A stretch of DNA of 64,000 nt, from assembly GCA_023264635.1 (NCBI GenBank), contig JAHFLT010000001.1, positions 35,307-99,306 of the forward strand, written 5' to 3'. This document shows positions 1 to 7,683 of the stretch, one piece after another. The first letter of the stretch is position 1. Each line of letters opens with the position of its first letter. A program made the position numbers and the translations under genes. The notes beneath the pieces are model-generated. The model searched no databases. It was not told the DNA's origin and worked only from the letters and a program-made list of their open reading frames with translations. Source of the DNA: Candidatus Woesearchaeota archaeon. GTDB lineage: Archaea; Nanobdellota; Nanobdellia; Woesearchaeales; JAGVYF01.

Positions 1-774
1 TTTTTGGGCAGAATCAGTCTCAGCATTAACGAGTTGGTAATGTACTCCGAAAAATGATATCTTTGCCCCCAACAGATCATCAAGTTTGTTGTTCGCGCTT
101 ACCTTACTCTCCCATCCACGGCTGAAATCAACGACATATTCCAGAATATCGTCACCTTGTACATACTTCAGATAATCACCAATCCTGCTCGTACGATCCT
201 TGCCATAATAGACTTCTCCAGCTTCAATCTTATCATCAACATCCCCGCCAAACCGCAGGAGATATTTAACGTCAGTTATGCCGTTTGCAGTGTTTGTGCG
301 GGTGGTGGTCAATGCCTTCATATCATTCTCAACAAGCACTTGCTTCCTACTGCCCAGGGTTTTACCGATAGGCAAGTCGCTGAATACAAATTCTTCCTCT
401 GTCACTTCTTTCGAGACGCACTTTCCATCCTTACACATATCAGAACACGTGATGTTATACAAAGCCTTCTTGAGCAAACATTTCTGTAAGACATTGCCTA
501 TACAGATATCTTTGTCACAGACAGTCTTTTTACTGTCCTCCGTTTTCACTTCCTGCTTCTCTTCTGCTCTCTCTCCTTTTTTCGGTTCTTCCTTTTTCTC
601 TTCTTTCGTTTCCACTTTTTCTACGACTTTCTCTGCGGGTTTTCCGATCTCAGCGGATTTCTTTGCGACTTCTTTTTCCTCTACCCGAATTGGTTGCTTT
701 TCTTGCTTAGTCCAGCAACCAACGAATAGCATTGTAACGAGCAGGATAAAAACAAGTGACCACGATTTTAGCAT
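1..774 (-). CDS. Secreted lipoprotein, possibly S-layer-related (partial, runs off window)
   Basis: Absent from the ORF track. ATG at 774 with GGTGA RBS; MLKSWSLVFILLVTMLFVGC lipobox, K/E-rich linker, Cys cluster; frame stays open to position 1. Confidence 0.75.
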   Translation of the reverse strand, partial: MLKSWSLVFILLVTMLFVGCWTKQEKQPIRVEEKEVAKKSAEIGKPAEKVVEKVETKEEKKEEPKKGERAEEKQEVKTEDSKKTVCDKDICIGNVLQKCLLKKALYNITCSDMCKDGKCVSKEVTEEEFVFSDLPIGKTLGSRKQVLVENDMKALTTTRTNTANGITDVKYLLRFGGDVDDKIEAGEVYYGKDRTSRIGDYLKYVQGDDILEYVVDFSRGWESKVSANNKLDDLLGAKISFFGVHYQLVNAETDSAQK

Positions 775-1029
775 TATTTCACCCACTTTTTTTTCTTTTT
801 CTCCTTTTTGTTTCTACGTTCTCTTTTCTTTCTCCAGCCTCTCTCCTTTCTCCTGTCTCTATAATTCTATCTTATCATCTCTCTCTGTGCCATCTCTAAT
901 ACGCATTCTGTTTATCACCATATGCTTCTGCATTTAAATGCTTTTTGGAGAGAATGCGTACAATCTCTCTTCACCAGTTTTAAGCAGTCTTTACGCAATC
1001 TCCAAGCAGTCTCTAGTAAAGATGCCATA

Positions 1030-1293
1030 TGCTCTGTAGAAAGTCTCGCTCTCGCTAGCCATTGCACCTCAGCTCGCATGTGCTGTTAATCTGCAGAGTG
1101 ACACAAAGGAGAACCGCTGTTCTCCTTGTGCAAGAAGCCTATGGCTTCTTTGCATTTCCCGGATGGAGCACAAAGAAATCTCGCAGATTTCTTGTGCAAG
1201 TTGCTTCGCAACTTTGCATCCCCTTTGTCACTTTTCCTGACTCTTGAAGGTGCTCGCCCTTAAGAGTGGCAATGGTACACTTTTTACAGAACC
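1030..1293. mobile_element. 264-bp MITE type A, copy 1
   Basis: Ends (T)GCTCTGTAGAAAG / CTTTTTACAGAACC; 9-bp TSD GATGCCATA at 1021-1029 and 1294-1302; about 7 differences from the copy at 5768. Confidence 0.93.
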
Positions 1294-1338
1294 GATGCCA
1301 TAGTAAGTTTTTTAATAGAATCAGATTTCCCATTATCC

Positions 1339-2106
1339 ATGAACATACCGTGCCCATACTGTCGCTATGATATAAGCGAAAAAGATATGCATCATAATAA
1401 TTATGCTCAGTGCGAGAAATGTCAGCTCCCTTTCCACAGGGAATGTTATGAGCTTAATGGAAAATGCATGTGTTTTGGCTGTGGAGGTAAGGCAGCTCTC
1501 CCCATTACGCAAGAATCGCAAAAATTACACCAAGAATCTGTAGACATCGTTGTGAGAAATCACTTTCTTGCAGCTCCAGATAAGGCTATCACAGCACACA
1601 TGCGTATTCTAGAGGATATTGTTACTGCCTATACAAAAGCAAGTGGAGAACATAATGCTAAAGTGCAGCATGCCATACAATCAGTCTGCAGTAATGCATT
1701 TCCCTCAACAATAACATCTCTCTACGTTTCTTATCTCACAGAATATAATCATTGTTGTGATGCGTATCAGAAGATAGCGACGAAAATGAAAGATGTAAAG
1801 CAGCCAGCAATTTTGGGAAATCCGTGCGATGTTTATTCAATGGGAGCCATGACAGGAGCAGCAGTAGGAGCTATTGTTAGTGCCTTGTTTGTCGGAGGAG
1901 GGGGATATCCCGCGTGGGACTATCTTATAAGTATGTTCATGGGCGCAGCTGTAACATGGTCTATGCGGCATCGTGCCAAAGAGTGGTATTCTGTAGAGAA
2001 GCTGTCAGCCGATTACCAGAAAGCTCACTTGCAGAAAGCGTATAAAAAAAAGCTGCTGAATCTTACTAAAAGATACGAACAAAAATTTCTCACTGCCCTT
2101 CCATAA
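1339..2106 (+). CDS. Prokaryotic RING-finger-like (Prok-RING_1-type) membrane protein
   Basis: N-terminal CPYC..CEKCxxxFHRECx6CxCxxC; two C-terminal hydrophobic helices. Confidence 0.7.
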   Translation: MNIPCPYCRYDISEKDMHHNNYAQCEKCQLPFHRECYELNGKCMCFGCGGKAALPITQESQKLHQESVDIVVRNHFLAAPDKAITAHMRILEDIVTAYTKASGEHNAKVQHAIQSVCSNAFPSTITSLYVSYLTEYNHCCDAYQKIATKMKDVKQPAILGNPCDVYSMGAMTGAAVGAIVSALFVGGGGYPAWDYLISMFMGAAVTWSMRHRAKEWYSVEKLSADYQKAHLQKAYKKKLLNLTKRYEQKFLTALP

Positions 2107-3460
2107 CCTTCATTACCGTCACAAGCACATCTTCTTTGAAATTACCCGCATAGAGTTGGACGCCTACAGGCACCCCATCAATCTTCCCAGCAGGTACAAC
2201 ACCTGCGCAAATCCCGGCAAGATTAGCAGGGATAGTGAATGCATCATAAGCATATGATGCTTCCGGGGATGGTATCTTTCTTAAGAGATGCGGCAGCTCT
2301 GGCGTTGTGGGCAATGCAATCACGTCTACTTCTTTGAATGCTTTCTCAAATTCTTCTTGTATTGCACGGCGTACTCGTAATGCTTTGCGGTAGTATCTCC
2401 CTTCATACTCTGCACAGCTTATCATCCTGCCACCTATGATGCGTCTCAGTACTTCTTCTTTGCATGATTCTTCAATGCGTTTCCCATATCTCCTTCCATC
2501 ATATTTTCTTGTCCCTGAGAAGAATTCTGTATACACAATGGGATAATACGACTCTACTGCCAATGCCACATACTTAAGGTCAATCTCTTTTAGTATAAGC
2601 TTCTGTTTCTTTGCAAAGTCCAGCACTTTTTCTTTGACTATCTTATAGATTTTTTTATCCTTGCATAGTTCCTCAAATACAGGAGAAAGCGCAATGGTCT
2701 TTGGTTGTTTTCCGAAGTGTGTGAATAGTGGCACCGACAGAGGATACATCATTGGATCATTGTCACTATATCCACTTATAACCTCAAGTAACAGTGCACA
2801 GCCATCTGTGTCAGGTGCGCATGGCGCAATTTGGTCAAGACTCATTGAAAGGTCTATAAGCCCATACCGCGACACTCTACCATATGATGGCTTTATGCCA
2901 ACAATACCACAATGCGATGCTGGATTTCGTATGCTTCCCCCAGTATCAGAACCCAGCGCCACATCACATAGCCCTGCAGCAACTGCGGCAGCGCTTCCTG
3001 AAGAAGAACCACCTGGAACATGCTTTGGTGATGTTGGATTTATTGTTGGGCCAAATGCACTTGTTTCTCCGGAGATACCACAGGCAAATTCATCCATATT
3101 AGTTATTCCTATAATGATTCCATCCTCTGCGAGTATTTTTTCAATCACATCTGCATTATATGTCCCGTAATAATTTTCGAGCGTTTTCGACGCACATGAT
3201 ATAGGCATTCCAATGACATTAATGTTCGCTTTTACTCCTACTGTCAGTCCGAATAGTTTCCCCACCTTTCCCTTTTTCCTCTTCCCATCAAGAGCGCGTG
3301 CTCTCTCCAGCGCTTCTTTCTCTGCTGTATAGAGAAATGCATTGATACGTGGATTCTCTTTTTTGATGAGTACAAGCTGCTGGTTCACATGCTCAATGCA
3401 TAACAACTTGCCTTCCTGTAATTGTGTGAGTAACTCTTTGGTTGCCATTAGTGTTACCAT
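2090..3460 (-). CDS. gatA: Asp/Glu-tRNA amidotransferase subunit A
   Basis: Amidase signature GGSSSGSAAAVA..GSDTGGSIRNPAS; operon with gatC/gatB. Confidence 0.95.
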   Translation of the reverse strand: MVTLMATKELLTQLQEGKLLCIEHVNQQLVLIKKENPRINAFLYTAEKEALERARALDGKRKKGKVGKLFGLTVGVKANINVIGMPISCASKTLENYYGTYNADVIEKILAEDGIIIGITNMDEFACGISGETSAFGPTINPTSPKHVPGGSSSGSAAAVAAGLCDVALGSDTGGSIRNPASHCGIVGIKPSYGRVSRYGLIDLSMSLDQIAPCAPDTDGCALLLEVISGYSDNDPMMYPLSVPLFTHFGKQPKTIALSPVFEELCKDKKIYKIVKEKVLDFAKKQKLILKEIDLKYVALAVESYYPIVYTEFFSGTRKYDGRRYGKRIEESCKEEVLRRIIGGRMISCAEYEGRYYRKALRVRRAIQEEFEKAFKEVDVIALPTTPELPHLLRKIPSPEASYAYDAFTIPANLAGICAGVVPAGKIDGVPVGVQLYAGNFKEDVLVTVMKVMEGQ

Positions 3461-3750
3461 TTTTTTTTCTCAGCAACAATCTGGTTTTCTCTTGTTTTGG
3501 GGGCATTCTTCAACATACGGGAACTGAATTCTTTGTCGAACTCTTCGTCTTTGCTTTCTCTCGGATATTCTTCTTTACATTCTCTCTGGTTTTCTTTTTT
3601 GCATTCTATATTGTATTCCCTCATGTACGCTGGTCTCTCTGTGCCAACCTCGTATGGCAAGTGCTCTCCATTTCCTAAAGCGTTTAAAAATGCATCCATT
3701 ATCTGTTTTGCCTGTTGTTCAATTTTAGCTTTATCCATTATTTTATCCAT
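3454..3750 (-). CDS. gatC: Amidotransferase subunit C-like
   Basis: Small protein between gatB and gatA, C-terminal NAP motif. Confidence 0.7.
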   Translation of the reverse strand: MDKIMDKAKIEQQAKQIMDAFLNALGNGEHLPYEVGTERPAYMREYNIECKKENQRECKEEYPRESKDEEFDKEFSSRMLKNAPKTRENQIVAEKKKW

Positions 3751-3754
3751 GAGC

Positions 3755-5140
3755 TTAGCATATCCTCCTTTTCAGCAGCTCCTTGACAGTGTCTGCTTTT
3801 GCTTTTCCTTTTGTCAAAGCCATGACTTTACCTATCAAGAAATTTAATGCCTTTTCTTCGCCAGCAAGATAATCCTTTACTGCTTCTGGATGTTCAGAGA
3901 CCACCTTTTGCGTAAGTTTACCTAACTCTTCTTCACTGCTTATAATGCCTAGTCCTTTTTGAGCTACGTATGCTCTCGGACTGAACGATTTCTCAATCAT
4001 CTGCTTGAGAAGCCCTTCTGCAGTCTGATCAGTAATTTCTTTTTTTACGACCATCTGCAGCAGCTCTGCAATATGTTTCTCATCAAACTCTACTTCCTGC
4101 AACGTTCGTTGTGTTACATTCATTATTTTCAGCAGCTCATGCCTGAGCCACTTTGCTGCGAGCAATGGGTCTACTGTCTTTGCAAGTTTTTCAAACAAAT
4201 CCGCAAGTGCGAGATCGCTTGCCAGGATTTTAGCATCCGTTGCTGATACTTTCATATTCTTGTATCGCTCAATCTTGATGTGCGGCTTCTCTGGAAGCAT
4301 CTTCTGGATGTTTTCCACAAGCGCATCAGTTATGTGAATTAATGGTAGATCTGGTTCCGGGATAAACATATAGTCAAGTGCAGTCTCTTTGGAGCGCATG
4401 AAGTGCGTCTTGCCATAGGTATCAGGAGGGCTTCTTGTGTGGGCAAAAACTTTTTCTCTCTGAGCTACTACCTCATGCTGCCTTTTTATTTCCCCGTCTA
4501 TTGCAAGCACGATAGTCTTAATTGAATTAACATTCTTGATCTCAACACGTGGGTGGTGCTCTGTGCTTACATTCACATCACATTTTATTCCCGCATTCTT
4601 ATTGACCGCTTTGAGATAAGATAATGTGGTCAGAAGGCTCTCCAGCCAATCTTTTACTTCTCCTGCACTTGTAAAATCAGGTTCAGTGACAATTTCAATC
4701 AGAGGATAGCCACTTCTGTTGTAATCCACAAGTCCTGTTTCAGGATCCCAACGTGCAGGATCCTCTTCCAAGTGACACTCCGTGATACCGACATCCAGAT
4801 ATTTCCCATGCTCACCTACTGGATGCGAGTACGTTCCCGAAATGGTGATCTGATATCCTTTGGGTAAATCAGGCCAGTCATAATGTTTTCGTTGAAAGAT
4901 AAGCTTTTTATTAATACTGCAGTCCAGCATTAATGCGCAAGTGACTACTTTTTCCACTGCTTCTTTGTTAGGCAACATGGGTTTTGAACCTGGCTGCCCT
5001 GTGCAGCGCGGGCAAACAGTTGTATTTGGTGCAGCATCTTGATCAACTGTGCATCGACAGAATAATTTCTGGTGAGTTTTGTGCATCGCCAGATAACCAT
5101 GAATCTCAAGCCCGATTCTTGCCATGACACTTTTCCCCAT
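3755..5140 (-). CDS. gatB: Asp/Glu-tRNA amidotransferase subunit B
   Basis: IGLEIH, KLFC, HLEED, DYNRSGYPLIEIVTEPD, RVEIKN, Yqey-like C-terminus. Confidence 0.95.
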   Translation of the reverse strand: MGKSVMARIGLEIHGYLAMHKTHQKLFCRCTVDQDAAPNTTVCPRCTGQPGSKPMLPNKEAVEKVVTCALMLDCSINKKLIFQRKHYDWPDLPKGYQITISGTYSHPVGEHGKYLDVGITECHLEEDPARWDPETGLVDYNRSGYPLIEIVTEPDFTSAGEVKDWLESLLTTLSYLKAVNKNAGIKCDVNVSTEHHPRVEIKNVNSIKTIVLAIDGEIKRQHEVVAQREKVFAHTRSPPDTYGKTHFMRSKETALDYMFIPEPDLPLIHITDALVENIQKMLPEKPHIKIERYKNMKVSATDAKILASDLALADLFEKLAKTVDPLLAAKWLRHELLKIMNVTQRTLQEVEFDEKHIAELLQMVVKKEITDQTAEGLLKQMIEKSFSPRAYVAQKGLGIISSEEELGKLTQKVVSEHPEAVKDYLAGEEKALNFLIGKVMALTKGKAKADTVKELLKRRIC

Positions 5141-5721
5141 TACACCTTCTCTTTCAGCTTAAGCTCAAAACAGACATCTTCCAGTTTCTTGAGGTCATAT
5201 TTGATGGAGTCAAATTTTCCGCGGAGTTCCCCATCCCTAATATCGAACTTCAAGAGCAGCTCATATAAACTGTCAAGAAAATCCTTTATGACAAACGGCT
5301 CTTTGTACTTTCCTTTGCTTGCTGCAGCGATTGCTTTCCGCGACAGTTCACCGGAAAGATCACACAGTCCAAGGAGATAATAATCGGTCTCTACTCCAAG
5401 CTCAGATCTCGTCATTAATTTGTGGTCTCGCACAAAGTGGTAGTAAAGCATTGCCTCTACATATTCCTGGATTGCAACCTTGTAGCTGCCTTGATGATAC
5501 ATTTTCTGATTCTTTTTAACATACTCATTCAAGGTCTTGAGCTGTTTCTGCATCTCTTTGACAAGCGTCTCTGCATCTTTCATATCATCACGATGCACAG
5601 CGTAAATTGTTTGTTTTGTCAGTTTAAGCACATCGCGGGATTTCTTGATTAGTTCCTCTCTCTGGCTGTCAAACTCCTGCGACTCTGTCAGCATATCTTC
5701 GAAATCATGTTTAGTTATCAT
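5140..5721 (-). CDS. Translin/Trax family protein
   Basis: REELIKKSRD, QEYVEA, YLLGLCDLSGEL motifs; start placed at MITKHDF (5721) because the ORF-track extension lies partly in a MITE. Confidence 0.85.
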   Translation of the reverse strand: MITKHDFEDMLTESQEFDSQREELIKKSRDVLKLTKQTIYAVHRDDMKDAETLVKEMQKQLKTLNEYVKKNQKMYHQGSYKVAIQEYVEAMLYYHFVRDHKLMTRSELGVETDYYLLGLCDLSGELSRKAIAAASKGKYKEPFVIKDFLDSLYELLLKFDIRDGELRGKFDSIKYDLKKLEDVCFELKLKEKV

Positions 5722-5767
5722 GCAGAGCAACAGAAAAAGTGCATTATATATAGGTTTCTGTGGTGGA

Positions 5768-6031
5768 GGCTCTGTAGAAAGTCTCGCTCTCGCTCGCCAT
5801 TGTACCTCAGTTCGCATGTGCTGTTAGTCTGCAGAGTGACACAAAGGAGAACCGCTGTTCTCCTTGTGCAAGAAGCCTATGGCTTCTTTGCATTTCCCGG
5901 ATGGAGCACAAAGAAATCTCGCAGATTTCTTGTGCAAGTTGCTTCGCAACTTTGCATCCCCTTTGTCACTTTTCCTGACTCTTGAAGGTGCTCGCCCTTA
6001 AGAGTGGCAATGGTACACTTTCTACAGAGCC
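5768..6031. mobile_element. 264-bp MITE type A, copy 2
   Basis: Perfect 14-bp TIR GGCTCTGTAGAAAG; 9-bp TSD TGTGGTGGA at 5759-5767 and 6032-6040. Confidence 0.95.
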
Positions 6032-6143
6032 TGTGGTGGATGCTATGCGTGATGAGATGTTGGATGTGGTGGTGCTCAGTGATGATGCTGTGATAACGAC
6101 TCTGAGCAAAAGTTTATATCATACACCATGAATCACCAAGTGC

Positions 6144-6740
6144 ATGCAATTTTATAATGTAATAAGAGAATTCGTACTGACACTCGGTCTTTGCGAACCA
6201 GAAATAGAAGCAAGTGCGCCAAAAGAGAATAACAAAAAGAAGATATATCGATTCGACGAGAGTGAGGCACGCATCCGTGATACTGGTCTTCGTCGCCATC
6301 TCAGGCCGGTAGAGGCATTCTCTGAAATTTTTTCGGGAACCTCTATTGGAAAAGATATGCTTGAAGATTCTGGTGAATGGCTAAGCCTCGCATTTGAACG
6401 GACAGGAGAGAGTGTTACACTTTATCTGGATCCGAAAGGAATTAAATGGTGTGGTGAGGGGATTGAATGGGGCGGAGGAAAGTATACAGTTAGTGACAAA
6501 ATAAGCTACTCTAAGAAATACTCTTTCTCCATCCCGGAAAAATCGCTGCAAGTAATGCAATGCCCTAAAAATCTAGTCTCCCTTCTCTATGGTCACCATT
6601 TTGATGACTTTCCAGAGGAAGTGAAAACAGCAAAGATTTATTTTCCCCTGGATGGAATCTGGCCAGTTTGTAGAGGAAGTAATAATGTTAGCTATAACTT
6701 ATATTGCGCATATCTGGCTGCTTCTCGTGGGACAAGGTGA
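6144..6740 (+). CDS. Probable DGR variable protein (AvpA-like, C-type lectin fold)
   Basis: GEWLS motif; C-terminus IWPVCRG-[variable]-ASRGTR* with NNY-rich codons; recalled resemblance to DPANN DGR targets. Confidence 0.6.
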   Translation: MQFYNVIREFVLTLGLCEPEIEASAPKENNKKKIYRFDESEARIRDTGLRRHLRPVEAFSEIFSGTSIGKDMLEDSGEWLSLAFERTGESVTLYLDPKGIKWCGEGIEWGGGKYTVSDKISYSKKYSFSIPEKSLQVMQCPKNLVSLLYGHHFDDFPEEVKTAKIYFPLDGIWPVCRGSNNVSYNLYCAYLAASRGTR

Positions 6741-6751
6741 ATTGGTTGCTT

Positions 6752-6936
6752 ATCTAAAATTGTCGGGTTTAATACCTTTAACTTTAGTTCGACAATTTTC
6801 TATCCAAAGAAATGCGAAGCATCTCTTGGACAAAGAAATCCATTCTGGATTTCTTTGTCCCGAAAACTCGCCTACAAAAGAGGAGCGAAAACCACGCACT
6901 TTAATGCGTGGAGAGTTCTGAGTCGGCGAGTTTTCG
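6752..6936. repeat. Array of abutting inverted repeats
   Basis: AAAATTGTCG/CGACAATTTT; hairpin 6803-6830; perfect 15-bp stem 6828-6860; 12-bp stem 6861-6872/6925-6936 enclosing CCACGCA/TGCGTGG. Confidence 0.85.
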
Positions 6937-7056
6937 TTATTCCACTGCTTGCTCATGGTGATTCAATCCTTTTACTCTGTGAAGGAGAATTACCAGCAGA
7001 GTAGTAACTGAAAATTATTCCCACTTAAAATTTACCCAACATGAACTGACATGAGT

Positions 7057-7512
7057 TTACTCGACATACATTCTCAGTTTCGTTTTGTCTAACTTCCAGT
7101 CAGAAGGTAGTTTGTGTGTTCTCTTGCAATAATCAATAAGTCTGTTAAGCTTGCTTTGGGTTAAGATCAGACCACGTTGCGCTGGCTCATCATGCTTGTT
7201 CATTTCAAGATGAGCGGTGACATTCAGAATTTTTTTAATGAGTGCACATATGTCTTCAGGCAGCTGTGGGAGCACATTCTTTTCTTTTAGTATCTGTGAG
7301 AGCTTCTTGCCAGTGACTGTTTTAACATCCGGAAGCCCGTATGCATCACGCAAGTACAACCCAATTTGAGAAGGTGCCTTGCCTGCTTTTGCCAGCTTTA
7401 CTGCCAACAGCTCTATTTCCTTTGGCTGATAACGTTGCCATGCTGGATTGCTTTGTGTAATTGGTTTTTTTGAACCTGACTTGCCTCTTGCCTTAGAATA
7501 CATTCGTGCCAT
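7057..7512 (-). CDS. rps15: 30S ribosomal protein uS15 (archaeal S15/S13e type)
   Basis: MARMYSKARGKSGS, SQIGLYLRD, LPED motifs. Confidence 0.96.
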   Translation of the reverse strand: MARMYSKARGKSGSKKPITQSNPAWQRYQPKEIELLAVKLAKAGKAPSQIGLYLRDAYGLPDVKTVTGKKLSQILKEKNVLPQLPEDICALIKKILNVTAHLEMNKHDEPAQRGLILTQSKLNRLIDYCKRTHKLPSDWKLDKTKLRMYVE

Positions 7513-7683
7513 TGTATTTTCCTCCAGTCTACGTAAGCCTTGACCGGCGTAGCTGTTAATGTACAGAAATAGGGACTCTTTTAAAAATATTACTCTTTTT
7601 TTTACCTATACTCATTACAAGTACTTACATATACCACATATACGTGAGATATATATTATATCTTTGCAAGAAATAAGGAAGTT

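Noticed and set aside
157..937. Plus-strand ORFs 157..489 and 278..937
   Set aside because: Antisense shadows of the minus-strand lipoprotein gene and a pyrimidine-rich intergenic stretch
982..1012. 9-bp direct repeat AAGCAGTCT near MITE copy 1
   Set aside because: Could be an excision scar, but the 13-bp spacer has no TIR similarity; chance cannot be excluded
1062..1247. Short ORFs repeated at 1062, 5707 and 10518
   Set aside because: They are translations of MITE sequence, with no independent coding evidence
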